A stretch of 64,000 nt of DNA from an uncultured Candidatus Rokubacteria bacterium (lineage in GTDB: Bacteria; Methylomirabilota; Methylomirabilia; Rokubacteriales; DASRDR01): assembly GCA_963708025.1 (NCBI GenBank), contig CAVPSB010000012.1:384001-448000 (forward strand), given 5' to 3'. Both the position numbers and the translations under genes were made by a program. A model generated the notes under the pieces. The model ran no database searches. It was not told the DNA's origin and was given only the letters and a program-made list of their open reading frames with translations. Positions 9,533 to 18,667 of this stretch are shown in pieces. Within the stretch, counting starts at the first letter, position 1. The number at the start of each line of letters is the position of its first letter.

Positions 9533-10651
9533 ATGGACCAGTGGTCGGTCGAGTTCGGGTGGTCGCTGAAGGAACGGGTCGTGGCGAGCGTGGAGCAGGG
9601 GATCGTGGCCCTGGATTGCCAGGGCCGGGTCCTGCTGGCGAATCCGGCCGCGCGCTCCCTGCTCGGCCTCGGAGAGGAAGTGGAGGGACGGTCCGTCGTC
9701 GATCTCCTCGGCGAGGTCCCCGAGATCGTGCGGCTCGGGACCGCCGGTGCCGGATCCGCCGGCCCGAGCGAGTGGCAGGAGGTCGATGCCCTCATCGGGG
9801 GCCGGCCGCGGGTGCTGGGCATCCAGGCGGCGCCGCTGGCCGGCGGGGGCTCGCCGGGGGCGCCCGCGGGCGTGGTCCTCTCGATCACCGACCTCACCCG
9901 GTCCCGGGAGGCCGAGGCCGCGCGACGGGTGGCGATCCTCGATGGCCTCGGCCGGCTGGGCCGTCACCTCGCGCACGAGCTGAAGAACCCTCTCGGCGCC
10001 CTCAAGCTCTACGTGCTGCTGCTCGAGCGCCAGATCCAGCAGGAGAAGCCCGACGGCCGGGAGCTGGTCGGGAAGATCGCCCGGGCCACCGATGAGCTCT
10101 CGGGTGTGATCGACGAGATCATGACGCTCGGCCTGCCGGGCTCCCTCGAACGGACCCCCGTCGCGCTCGGCGGCCTGATCGAGGACTGCCTGGCGGCCGT
10201 GTCGGAGCGCGTCGCGGCGCTGGGCGTCCGGGTGGTCCGCGGCGGGGCGGAGGACCTGGAGGTGCCGGCGGACCCCCGTCTCCTCCGGCAGGCGCTGCGG
10301 GCGCTCATCGAGAACGCGCTGGACGCGATGCCCTCGGGCGGGACCCTCACGCTGTCCTGCCTCCGGGCGGCGTCGGGCGCGGCAACGGAGATCGAGCTCC
10401 TGGTGTGCGACACCGGGACGGGGATGTCTCGCGAAGTGCAGGCACGGGTCTTCGAGCCGTTCTTCTCGACGAAGACGAGGACGGATGGGACCGGGCTCGG
10501 GATGACCATCGCGAGCCATTTCATCGGGCTACACGGCGGCCGGATCGAGATACGCAGCGGGCCCGGCGACGGCACCGTGGTTCGCGTCGCCCTGCCCACT
10601 ACGGCACAGGTGGAGGATCATGGCAGAAGGACGGATTCTGGTCGTCGATGA
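9533..10651 (+). CDS. PAS-domain sensor histidine kinase (cytoplasmic)
   Basis: PAS (GIVALD..GRVLLANPAA), H-box LAHELKNPL, N-box LIENALDAM, DTGTGM, FEPFFSTK, GTGLGM. Confidence 0.9.
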   Translation: MDQWSVEFGWSLKERVVASVEQGIVALDCQGRVLLANPAARSLLGLGEEVEGRSVVDLLGEVPEIVRLGTAGAGSAGPSEWQEVDALIGGRPRVLGIQAAPLAGGGSPGAPAGVVLSITDLTRSREAEAARRVAILDGLGRLGRHLAHELKNPLGALKLYVLLLERQIQQEKPDGRELVGKIARATDELSGVIDEIMTLGLPGSLERTPVALGGLIEDCLAAVSERVAALGVRVVRGGAEDLEVPADPRLLRQALRALIENALDAMPSGGTLTLSCLRAASGAATEIELLVCDTGTGMSREVQARVFEPFFSTKTRTDGTGLGMTIASHFIGLHGGRIEIRSGPGDGTVVRVALPTTAQVEDHGRRTDSGRR

Positions 10652-11987
10652 CGAAGAGTCGATAGCCGATTCGTTCCGGGCGGTGCTGCAGGACGACGGC
10701 TACACCGTCCGGACGGCGGGGTCGGCGGCGCGCGCGCTGGCCGAGGTCGAGCGGGCGGACTGGGACCTGGCATTCGTGGATCTCGTGCTGCCCGACATGG
10801 ATGGGCTGGAGCTGCTCAAGAAGCTCAAGGCCCGGCGGCCGGGACTGCTGGCGGTGGTCATCACCGCCCACGGCTCCGGCGCCAAGGGATTCGCGGCCCG
10901 GGAGGCCGGCGCCTACGCCTTCCTGGAGAAGCCCGACGACATGGTGCCCGAGAAGATCCTGACCGTCGTGGCGAACGCGCTCGAGCACAAGAACCTGCGC
11001 GAGACGATCTACGGCCGGAGCGGCTACGGCAACATCGTCGGGCGCTCGCCGGCCATGCAGAAGGTCTTCGAGCTGCTCGACACGGTGGCGTCGGTGGACG
11101 CCAACGTGCTGATCGTCGGCGAGTCGGGAACCGGGAAGGAGCTGGTCGCCAACGCCATCCACTACGCCAGCCCCCGGGCCGACGGGCCTTTCATCAAGAT
11201 CAACTGCGCGGCCTTGCCCAAGGATCTCATCGAGTCGGAGCTGTTCGGCTACGCCAAGGGCGCCTTCACCGGCGCCACCGCGGACAAGCCCGGACTCTTC
11301 GAGGAGGCCCACCGGGGCTCCCTCCTGCTCGACGAGATCGCCGAGATGCCCGCCGACCTCCAGGCCAAGCTCCTGCGGGTCCTCGAGGAGCGCAAGTTCC
11401 GGCGTCTCGGCACCTCCCGCGACATCGAGGTGGACTTCCGGCTGATCTCGTCCACCAACCGGGATCCCGAGGCCGCCGTGCGGGAGCTGCGCCTCCGGGA
11501 GGATCTCTACTACCGCATCAACACGGTGACGCTGCGCATCCCGCCCCTCCGCGAGCGGCCCGAGGACCTCTCGATGCTGGCCGACCACTTCGTCAAGCGC
11601 TTTGCCGAGAAGCACGCGCGCGGGGTGAAAGGCATCGCGTCCGACGCCTACCAGGCGGTCCTCGGCTATGCCTGGCCGGGGAACGTCCGGGAGCTGGAGC
11701 ACGCCGTGGAGCGGGCGATCCTGGTCGCTCGGGGCGCCGAGATCACGGTCGGCGACCTGCCGGAGGTCGTGACCCGGAGCCGACCGGTGGGCGCGCCGGC
11801 GGCCCCCGAGGCGCCGGCCACGACGCCGGCGACCCTCAACCTGGAGGAACGGGAGCGGCAGGCCATCCTTCAGGCGCTCGAGAACACGAACTGGAACAAG
11901 CAAGCGGCGGCGGCCTTGCTGGGGCTGCACCGCCCGACCCTGTACTCGAAGATGCGGAAGCACGGCGTCCCCCAGAAGCGCCAGTAG
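10620..11987 (+). CDS. Sigma54-dependent response regulator (NtrC/AtoC family)
   Basis: Receiver ILVVDDE..D..LPDMDG, GESGTGKE, GAFTGA, LLLDEI, WPGNVREL, Fis-type HTH. Confidence 0.95.
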   Translation: MAEGRILVVDDEESIADSFRAVLQDDGYTVRTAGSAARALAEVERADWDLAFVDLVLPDMDGLELLKKLKARRPGLLAVVITAHGSGAKGFAAREAGAYAFLEKPDDMVPEKILTVVANALEHKNLRETIYGRSGYGNIVGRSPAMQKVFELLDTVASVDANVLIVGESGTGKELVANAIHYASPRADGPFIKINCAALPKDLIESELFGYAKGAFTGATADKPGLFEEAHRGSLLLDEIAEMPADLQAKLLRVLEERKFRRLGTSRDIEVDFRLISSTNRDPEAAVRELRLREDLYYRINTVTLRIPPLRERPEDLSMLADHFVKRFAEKHARGVKGIASDAYQAVLGYAWPGNVRELEHAVERAILVARGAEITVGDLPEVVTRSRPVGAPAAPEAPATTPATLNLEERERQAILQALENTNWNKQAAAALLGLHRPTLYSKMRKHGVPQKRQ

Positions 11988-12138
11988 TGCCCCGCGCGCG
12001 CAGCGGGCGGGGCCGCGGGGCCGGCCGGCCCTTGCGGCCCCCGCCGCCGTGTGCCAGAATGGCTTCCGTCCGAACAGGCGGCCCCCAGCGCGGGGCCGTG
12101 CGCGTTTCCCCAACCCCTTCGACACGGGAGAGTCGTCC

Positions 12139-13266
12139 ATGACGACCGCCGGCCCCAATTCCGGCCTCGAGGACGTTGTCGTCTCCACCTCCGAGATCTG
12201 CTTCATCGACGGGGATCGAGGGCGCCTGCTCTACCGCGGCTACGACATCCACGACCTGGTGGCCCAGTCGACGTTCGAGGAGACGGTATACCTCCTGTGG
12301 CACGGCCGGCTCCCGAAGCGGGAGGAGCTGGAACGGTTCCGGAAGGCCCTCACGACCCAGCGACGGCTCCCGCCCAAGGTGCTGGCGCTCCTCAAGAGCT
12401 TCCCGAAGAAGGCCGACCCGATGGACGTCGTCCGGACGGCGGTGTCGGCCCTGGGGCTCCACGATTCCGACAGTGCGGACAACTCCCGGGAGGCCAACCT
12501 CCGCAAGGCGATCCGCATCCAGGCGCAGATCCCCACCGTCGTCGCCGCCTGGGCCCGCATCCGGAAGGGCCGGCCGCCGGTGGCGCCGAACGCCCGGCTC
12601 AGCCTGGCCGCCAACTTCCTGTACATGCTCTTCGGCAAGAAGCCGAGCGACCTGGCCGCCAAGGCCATGGACACGGCGCTGATCCTGCACGCGGACCACG
12701 AACTGAACGCCTCGACCTTCGCGGCCCGGGTCACGGTGGCGACCCTGTCGGACATCTACTCGGGCATCGTCTCCGGGATCGGCGCCCTGAAGGGTCCGCT
12801 CCACGGCGGCGCCAACGTGGGCGTCATCCGGATGCTGCTGGAGATCGGGGAGATCGACCGCGCGGAGGCCTGGATCAAGAGCGCCCTGGCCCAGAAGAAG
12901 CGCATCATGGGCTTCGGGCACCGGGTCTACCACACGGAGGACCCGCGGGCCACGCACCTGCGGCGGCTGTCCGAGGCCCTCGGCCGCGAGGCCGGCGACC
13001 TCCGTTGGTACGAGATGTCGCGGATCGTCGAGCGGGTGGTCAAGGAGCAGAAGGGGCTGAACCCCAACGTCAACTTCTACTCGGGCTCGACGTACTACTC
13101 GATGGGGATCGACCCCGACCTCTACACCCCGATCTTCGTTGTCTCGCGAGTGTCGGGCTGGACAGCCCACATCCTCGAGCAGCAGTCGAACAACCGCCTC
13201 ATCCGGCCGCGGGCCGAGTACATGGGCCCGCGGCAGGCGAGTTACGTCTCGCTCGACCGGCGCTGA
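12139..13266 (+). CDS. Citrate/2-methylcitrate synthase family protein
   Basis: GLEDVV, LLYRGY, HADHELNASTF, LKGPLHGGAN, IMGFGHRVY, PNVNFYSG, LIRPR. Confidence 0.92.
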   Translation: MTTAGPNSGLEDVVVSTSEICFIDGDRGRLLYRGYDIHDLVAQSTFEETVYLLWHGRLPKREELERFRKALTTQRRLPPKVLALLKSFPKKADPMDVVRTAVSALGLHDSDSADNSREANLRKAIRIQAQIPTVVAAWARIRKGRPPVAPNARLSLAANFLYMLFGKKPSDLAAKAMDTALILHADHELNASTFAARVTVATLSDIYSGIVSGIGALKGPLHGGANVGVIRMLLEIGEIDRAEAWIKSALAQKKRIMGFGHRVYHTEDPRATHLRRLSEALGREAGDLRWYEMSRIVERVVKEQKGLNPNVNFYSGSTYYSMGIDPDLYTPIFVVSRVSGWTAHILEQQSNNRLIRPRAEYMGPRQASYVSLDRR

Positions 13267-13413
13267 CGCGCGCGGTCGGTGCTTCCGGCTGCGCGACCCG
13301 CGCTGACATCATCGGAGCTTCCGCGCCCCCGTCGGGGAAAACCCCGCTGGCAGCGGCGGCTGCCCGGCTCTATGATCCCCGGTGACAAAATCCCCGAGAG
13401 GAGAGGTTTTTCC

Positions 13414-14463
13414 ATGCGACGACTCCTGATGGCGGTGGGTCTGATCGCCCTGGCGGCGGCCCCCGCTTGGGCCGACGCGGTGATCGAGCGATACTCGCGG
13501 AGCGACGGCTTCGCGGGCATGGGCGCGTTCGAGAACACGACCATCCAGACGACGGCGGCGACGGCGCAGCGCGAGGAGAGCCACCTGAAGTTCACCGGCG
13601 GCTTCATGAGCGCCGTCCAGAAGATGGCCGGGATCGGCGGGTCGATCCGGATCACCCGGCTGGACCGCGACCTGGTCTGGACCCTCGATCCGGAGAAGAA
13701 GACGTACACCGAGAGTCCGCTGACGGCCCGGGGCGAGCGCGAGCGTCCGAGCCCGACCCAGCCCCGGCCCGGCGACCAGCGCCCGAAGGACAAGGGCGAG
13801 CCGTCGGACGTGGTGATCACCCGGAACGAGTTCAAGGTCGAGAAGACCGGCGCCAGCAAGGCGATCAACGGGTTCCCGTGCGACGAGTACCTGATGACGT
13901 GGCTCGTGGAGACGAAGAACACGAAGACGGGCGAGACCGGCAAGAGCCTGATGACCAACCGGCTGTGGACCACGACGGAGACGCCGGAGATCCGGGCGGT
14001 CCAGGCCGAGGAGCAGACGTATGGCCGGGCGTATCTGAAGAAGATCGGCATGGACGTCTCGCCGGCCGAGGCGCAGAAGTTCCTGGCCGGCCTGCGCGGG
14101 GTCGGCGAGGAGGAGCAGCAGAAGGCGCTGGCCAAGCTGGGCGGGGAGCTGTCCAAGATTCACGGCTACACGATCGTGACCGACCTGGCCTGGACGGGCG
14201 AGGGGAGCGGCGGCGAGGCCAAGGAGGGCGGTGCGCCGCGGAGCGGGGGCGGCCAGCCGGGCATGGGCGAGCTGATGGGCCAGCTCGGCAAGCTCCTCGG
14301 CGGCGGGGGCCAGAAGAAGAGCGGCTCGGAGCCGGCGGCCTCGGGGGGCGAGGAGAAGAAAGGGGCGCTCTTCAGCCTCTACTCCGAGGTGAAGAGCATC
14401 CGGACCCTGCCGGCCGACCCGACCCGGTTCGAGGTGCCGGCCGGCTTCACCCTCAAGAAGTGA
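13414..14463 (+). CDS. Exported hypothetical protein, DUF4412-like
   Basis: TATGAT -10 at 13371 and SD GAGGAG; signal peptide APAWA-D; KTGASKAINGFPCDEY and terminal FEVPAGF. Confidence 0.65.
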   Translation: MRRLLMAVGLIALAAAPAWADAVIERYSRSDGFAGMGAFENTTIQTTAATAQREESHLKFTGGFMSAVQKMAGIGGSIRITRLDRDLVWTLDPEKKTYTESPLTARGERERPSPTQPRPGDQRPKDKGEPSDVVITRNEFKVEKTGASKAINGFPCDEYLMTWLVETKNTKTGETGKSLMTNRLWTTTETPEIRAVQAEEQTYGRAYLKKIGMDVSPAEAQKFLAGLRGVGEEEQQKALAKLGGELSKIHGYTIVTDLAWTGEGSGGEAKEGGAPRSGGGQPGMGELMGQLGKLLGGGGQKKSGSEPAASGGEEKKGALFSLYSEVKSIRTLPADPTRFEVPAGFTLKK

Positions 14464-14514
14464 GATGAACGCGAGGGGCGCGTTCCGCCGACCACGTCCC
14501 GCGTCGCGCTTGCG

Positions 14515-14592
14515 GGGCGCCCCCCCTCCCCCCGCCACAGGCCGAAGGCCGTCCGATCGGTGGGGAGGGGTCGGGGGTGGGGGTGGATCCAA
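14515..14592 (+). repeat. Family A element
   Basis: CCCCCCTCCCCCCGCCACAGGCCGAAGGCCGTCCGATCGGTGGGGAGGGG; near-identical core to the 3310 copy; ends at the dapF ATG. Confidence 0.8.
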
Positions 14593-15471
14593 ATGACCCG
14601 GTTCACCAAGGGCCACGGCCTCGGCAACGACTACCTGGTCATGGCCGAGGGCGACCTCGATTTCCCGCTGGCGCCCGCCGCGATCCGCTGGATCTGCCAC
14701 CGCAACTGGGGCGTGGGGTCGGACGGCATCCTCCTGCGGACCCACTCGGCCGCCGCCGACGTCGGCCTCCGCATCTTCAACCCGGATGGGAGCGAGGCGG
14801 AGAAGTCCGGCAATGGCCTCCGCATCTTCGCCAAGTACATGTGGGAGCGCGGCGCCCTCCGGAAGTCGCCCATGCGCATCGAGACCAAGGGCGGTCTGGT
14901 CGAGGCGGTGTGCCACCTGAGCGGGGAGTCGGTCACCGAGGTGACGGTCGAGATGGGCCGGGCCACCTTCCTGGCCCCCGAGATCCCGATGCACGGGCCC
15001 GAGCGCGAGGTGGTGGCGGTGCCGCTCCAGGTCGGCGAGCGGTTCTTCACGGTGACCTGCGTCCAGGTCGGGAACCCGCACTGCGTGGTGTTCACCGATC
15101 GGCTCGACGAGGCCGAGGTCCGCGTGTGGGGGCCGCGGATCGAGACGCATCCGAGCTTCCCCAACCGCATCAACGTCCAGTTCGCCCGCGTCCTCGCGCG
15201 GGACCGCATCGAGATCCGGATCTGGGAGCGGGGGGCCGGCTACACGCTGGCCTCCGGCTCCTCGTCGTGCGCGGTCGCGGCCGCCGCCGTCCGGAACGGA
15301 CTCACCGACGGCCGGATGACTCTCCTCATGCCGGGAGGGGAGCTGGGGCTCGAGGTGCGGCCCGACTGGTCGATCCGGCTGCGCGGCCCGGTCGCCGAGG
15401 TCTGTGAGGGCGCCCTGGCACCCGACCTGCTCGACAGCCTCCGCCGGAAGGCCCCGCTGCCCTTCGAGTGA
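14593..15471 (+). CDS. dapF: Diaminopimelate epimerase family protein (Ser/Ser catalytic pair)
   Basis: FTKGHGLGNDY, GVGSDG, IFNPDGSEAEKSGNGLR, VGNPHCV, NVQF, WERGAGYTLASGSSSCA, PGGEL. Confidence 0.9.
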   Translation: MTRFTKGHGLGNDYLVMAEGDLDFPLAPAAIRWICHRNWGVGSDGILLRTHSAAADVGLRIFNPDGSEAEKSGNGLRIFAKYMWERGALRKSPMRIETKGGLVEAVCHLSGESVTEVTVEMGRATFLAPEIPMHGPEREVVAVPLQVGERFFTVTCVQVGNPHCVVFTDRLDEAEVRVWGPRIETHPSFPNRINVQFARVLARDRIEIRIWERGAGYTLASGSSSCAVAAAAVRNGLTDGRMTLLMPGGELGLEVRPDWSIRLRGPVAEVCEGALAPDLLDSLRRKAPLPFE

Positions 15472-15574
15472 GAGCGTGTGAAGGAACGGATTCTCCGACT
15501 CCCCCTCCCCCCGGGTCAAAGGCCGAAGGCCGTCCAACAATCGGGGAGGGGGGGTGGGCGGGAGGTCCCGAACT
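15471..15574 (+). repeat. Family A element between convergent dapF and sthA
   Basis: GAGCGTGTGAAG...CTCCGACTCCCCCTCCCCCCG..AAAGGCCGAAGGCCGTCC..GGGGAGGGGGGGTGGGCGGGAGGTCCCGAA. Confidence 0.85.
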
Positions 15575-15578
15575 GTGG

Positions 15579-17027
15579 CTAGGTCCGGGTGGCCGGCGCC
15601 GGGGACTCGCCGGCCTTGAGCCGGGCGAGGTTCTGGAGCCCGTTGTAGGCGGCGTACTTGTAAGCTTCGCCGAGGGTCGGGTAGTTGAAGACGGTCTGGA
15701 TGAAGAAGTCCAGCGTGCCGCCGAGCTGCAGACAGCACTGGCCGACGTGGACCAGCTCGGAGGCGTTCTCGCCGATGACGTGCACGCCCAGGAGCCGCTG
15801 GTCCTCCGGCGAGAAGATCAGCTTGAACTCGCCGCCGAGATCGCCGATGATTTGGCCCCGCGCGTTGTCGGCGTAGAAGGCCCGGCCGACGCAGTAGGTC
15901 AGGTTCTTCTGCCGGCAAGTCTCCTCCGTCTCCCCGGCCATGGCCACCTCGGGAATGGTGTAGACCGCGAGCGGGAGCACCGGCGAGACCCGCGTCTTGT
16001 ACTTGAGGTCGAAGGCGTGGCACATGGCCACCCGGGCCTGCTCCATCGAGACCGCCGCCAGCGCCGGGAAGCCGATGACGTCGCCGGCCGCGTAGACGTG
16101 CGGCACCTCGGTCTGGTAGTGCTCGTTCACCTTCAGGAGCCCCCGGGCGCCGGCGGTGAGGCCAGCCCTCTCCAGCGCCAGGCCGTCGGTGTTGCTCAGG
16201 CGGCCCGTCGCCATCAGGACCTTGTCCACCTCCAGTCGCTCACCGGTGGAGAGGGTCAGGCGCACCGAGTCCGTCAGGAGCTCGTACCGCTCCGCGTTGA
16301 CGCCGAGCCGCATGCGGACACCAACGCGCTCCATCTGCTCGCGCAGGCGGGTCGAGATCTCCTCGTCGAGGAACGGCAGGATCCTCTCCCCTTTCCCGAA
16401 CAGCGTGAGCGCGATCCCGAGCGCGGCGAAGATCCCCGCGTACTCGCAGCCAATCACGCCGGTGCCGACCACCGCCAGGCTCCGGGGCAGCCGGTCCATC
16501 TGGAGGATCGTGTCGCTGTCCAGGATGAGCCGGCCGTCGAACGGGATGTCCGGCGCGCGGAAGGGGCGGGAGCCGGTCGCGATCAGGATGAAGCGGCCCC
16601 GGAGCAGACGGTCCGGCGCGCCCTCTTGAGAGACCCGGATGGTGTGCGGGTCCTCGAAGCGGCCGAGCCCGTGGGCGAGCGTGACCTTGTGTCGCTCCAG
16701 GTTCTCGGCCACCTTGGCGCGAAGGGCGGCCACCACCTCCTCTTTCCGGAACATGAAGTCCCGGACGTTGAGGTCCGGCTTCACGGTGTAGTCGACGCCG
16801 TAGAGCCCCCGGGTGCCCAGCCCCGAGAAGTAGAGGGCCGTCTCCCGCAGCGTCTTGGACGGGATGGTGCCGGTGTTGATCCCGGTCCCGCCGACGTAGG
16901 GCTCGCGCTCGATCACGGCCACGCGATTGCCGAAGTAGGCGGCCTGGGCCGCGCCCTTCTCGCCAGCGGGACCGGCGCCGAGGATCACCAGGTCGTACTG
17001 TTCGATGCTCACCGCATCCGGAGGCAT
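15579..17027 (-). CDS. sthA: Soluble (Si-specific) NAD(P)+ transhydrogenase
   Basis: YDLVILGAGPAGEKGAAQAA, GGTGINTGTIPSKTLRE (no redox disulfide), GVIGCEYA, SMEQAR, FNYPTLGEAYKYAA. Confidence 0.9.
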   Translation of the reverse strand: MPPDAVSIEQYDLVILGAGPAGEKGAAQAAYFGNRVAVIEREPYVGGTGINTGTIPSKTLRETALYFSGLGTRGLYGVDYTVKPDLNVRDFMFRKEEVVAALRAKVAENLERHKVTLAHGLGRFEDPHTIRVSQEGAPDRLLRGRFILIATGSRPFRAPDIPFDGRLILDSDTILQMDRLPRSLAVVGTGVIGCEYAGIFAALGIALTLFGKGERILPFLDEEISTRLREQMERVGVRMRLGVNAERYELLTDSVRLTLSTGERLEVDKVLMATGRLSNTDGLALERAGLTAGARGLLKVNEHYQTEVPHVYAAGDVIGFPALAAVSMEQARVAMCHAFDLKYKTRVSPVLPLAVYTIPEVAMAGETEETCRQKNLTYCVGRAFYADNARGQIIGDLGGEFKLIFSPEDQRLLGVHVIGENASELVHVGQCCLQLGGTLDFFIQTVFNYPTLGEAYKYAAYNGLQNLARLKAGESPAPATRT

Positions 17028-17094
17028 TCCAGCTGAATCCTTTCCTTGCTTCCTCGAAGCGCCGAAGCCACGACGCTCATCGGCCCCGCCCGCG

Positions 17095-17412
17095 TCATCC
17101 GCCGCTGACGGCGGCCAGGATCCACACCTCGGCCCCATCCGGTAGCGGCGTGGCCAGGCCCCCGGTCAGGCGGATGCTCTCGGTCTCCACGAACACGTTG
17201 ACGTGCGGCCGGACCTCGCCCTGCTCGGTGAGCACCCGATCCCGGAGACCGGGACAGGTTGCCCACAGCGCCTCGAGGGCTGCCGCGACGGTCGGGGTCG
17301 GGGCCTGCACCTCCACCCGGCTCCGGCCGCCGGCGAGCCCCTGCAGCGGGGCCGGCAGGTGCACGCGGACCGGTCGGGCGGGGGGGCCGGAAGGAATCGT
17401 GGGTCGGCTCAC
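17095..17412 (-). CDS. MoaD/ThiS-family ubiquitin-like protein
   Basis: V.LPAPL..LAGG, RPHVNVFV, C-terminus AVSGG. Confidence 0.85.
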   Translation of the reverse strand: MSRPTIPSGPPARPVRVHLPAPLQGLAGGRSRVEVQAPTPTVAAALEALWATCPGLRDRVLTEQGEVRPHVNVFVETESIRLTGGLATPLPDGAEVWILAAVSGG

Positions 17413-17416
17413 GCGG

Positions 17417-18538
17417 TCATCCCACGACCGCGGTCTTGACGCTCACGATCGAGGGCAAGCCGTCGGCCAGCAGCCGCCACGAGCTTCCCCCGTCGCGGGA
17501 GCCCCACAGCTTGCCGTTGCGGGTCCCGACGTAGACGCCGGCCGGGTCGAGGGTGTCGGTGGCCAGCGCGTCCCGCAGCACGGGGTCGAACACGCCCTTC
17601 TGCGGCAGGCCGCGGGTCAGCGCCTGCCAGGAGCGGCCGCCGTTCCGGGTCCGGTACACCCGCAGCTTCCCGCCGGGGGGGCAGCGGAACTGGTCGGACT
17701 CGAGCGGCACGATGTAGACGGTGTCCGGGTCGTGCGGGTGGATCGCCATCGCGAAGCCGAAGTCCGACGGCACGCCGTGGGCCATGTCCTGCCAGGACTC
17801 GGCGGCGTCGTCCGAGCGGTAGAGCCCCCAGTGGTTTTGTAGATATAGCCGCTCCGGGTGCGCGGGGTGGTGCACGACCTTGTGCACGCACTGGCCGAAC
17901 TCCGGGTGCTTGTCGGGGAGGAACTCCGCCCGGATCCCCTTGTTGCGGGCTCGCCACGTGCGGCCGCCGTCGTCGGTCCGGTACAGACCGCCCGTCGAGA
18001 TGGCGATCCACATCCGATCCGGGCGGCTCGGATCCGGCAGGATGGTGTGGAGACAGAGCCCGCCGCCGCCGGGGGCCCAGTTGGCCCGGTGCGGATGATC
18101 GAGGAGGCCGCGGACCGGCGCCCAGCTCTCGCCCCCGTCGGTGGAGGCGAACAGCGCGGCGGGCTCGACGCCGCAGTAGAGGGTCTCCGGCTCCTCCGCC
18201 CGGCCGGGACGGATCTGCCAGATCTGCCGGAGCGAGAGACCGGACTCGGCGGGAAACCGCACCGCGCCCTGAGGGTCGTCCGTCCACGTCCGCCCGAAGT
18301 CGTCGCTCCGGTGGAGCGTGGCGCCCCAGTGCATGCTGGAGGCGCCGGCCCAGAGGCGCCGGCGACCCTGCCGGCCGTCCCAGGCGAGCGCGTACACCGC
18401 GTGGCCGGGGAAGTGCGGCCCCCCGACGTCCCAGCGGGCGCGGCCTCCACCGGCGCGGAAGAGGAACGCGCCCTTCAGCGTGCCGACCAGGACGAGCACG
18501 TCGCCGCGCTTCGGCCGGACCTGTCGCGTCGTCACCAT
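17417..18538 (-). CDS. BNR/Asp-box repeat beta-propeller protein (exo-alpha-sialidase-like)
   Basis: Repeated S/TxDxGxxW boxes (SDDFGRTW, STDGGESW, TDDGGRTW, TRNGGRSW, SRDGGSSW); GQCVHK, QNHWG, SDFGF; no signal peptide. Confidence 0.88.
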   Translation of the reverse strand: MVTTRQVRPKRGDVLVLVGTLKGAFLFRAGGGRARWDVGGPHFPGHAVYALAWDGRQGRRRLWAGASSMHWGATLHRSDDFGRTWTDDPQGAVRFPAESGLSLRQIWQIRPGRAEEPETLYCGVEPAALFASTDGGESWAPVRGLLDHPHRANWAPGGGGLCLHTILPDPSRPDRMWIAISTGGLYRTDDGGRTWRARNKGIRAEFLPDKHPEFGQCVHKVVHHPAHPERLYLQNHWGLYRSDDAAESWQDMAHGVPSDFGFAMAIHPHDPDTVYIVPLESDQFRCPPGGKLRVYRTRNGGRSWQALTRGLPQKGVFDPVLRDALATDTLDPAGVYVGTRNGKLWGSRDGGSSWRLLADGLPSIVSVKTAVVG

Positions 18539-18539
18539 G

Positions 18540-18667
18540 TTGGCACCTCCCGCCTACCCAATCCTCGACGGCCTCGGCCTTTGGCCCCCTCCCCCATTTT
18601 TCGACGGCCTTCGGCCTTTGGCTGGGGGGAGGGGGGAGTCGGAGGCTCCGATCGCTTCACACGCTAT
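18540..18667 (-). repeat. Family A element (reverse) with duplicated GGCC-GAA-GGCC module
   Basis: Minus strand reads TAGCGTGTGAAG...CTCCGACTCCCCCCTCCCCCC..AAAGGCCGAAGGCCGTCG...GTAGGCGGGAGGtgccaacATG. Confidence 0.85.

Noticed and set aside
7310-10519. Very long antisense or alternate-frame ORFs (e.g. 7310-10519, 13309-16023, 36407-38980, 39812-42307, 61063-63747)
   Set aside because: Shadow ORFs expected in very high-GC DNA opposite well-supported genes; no recognisable motifs.
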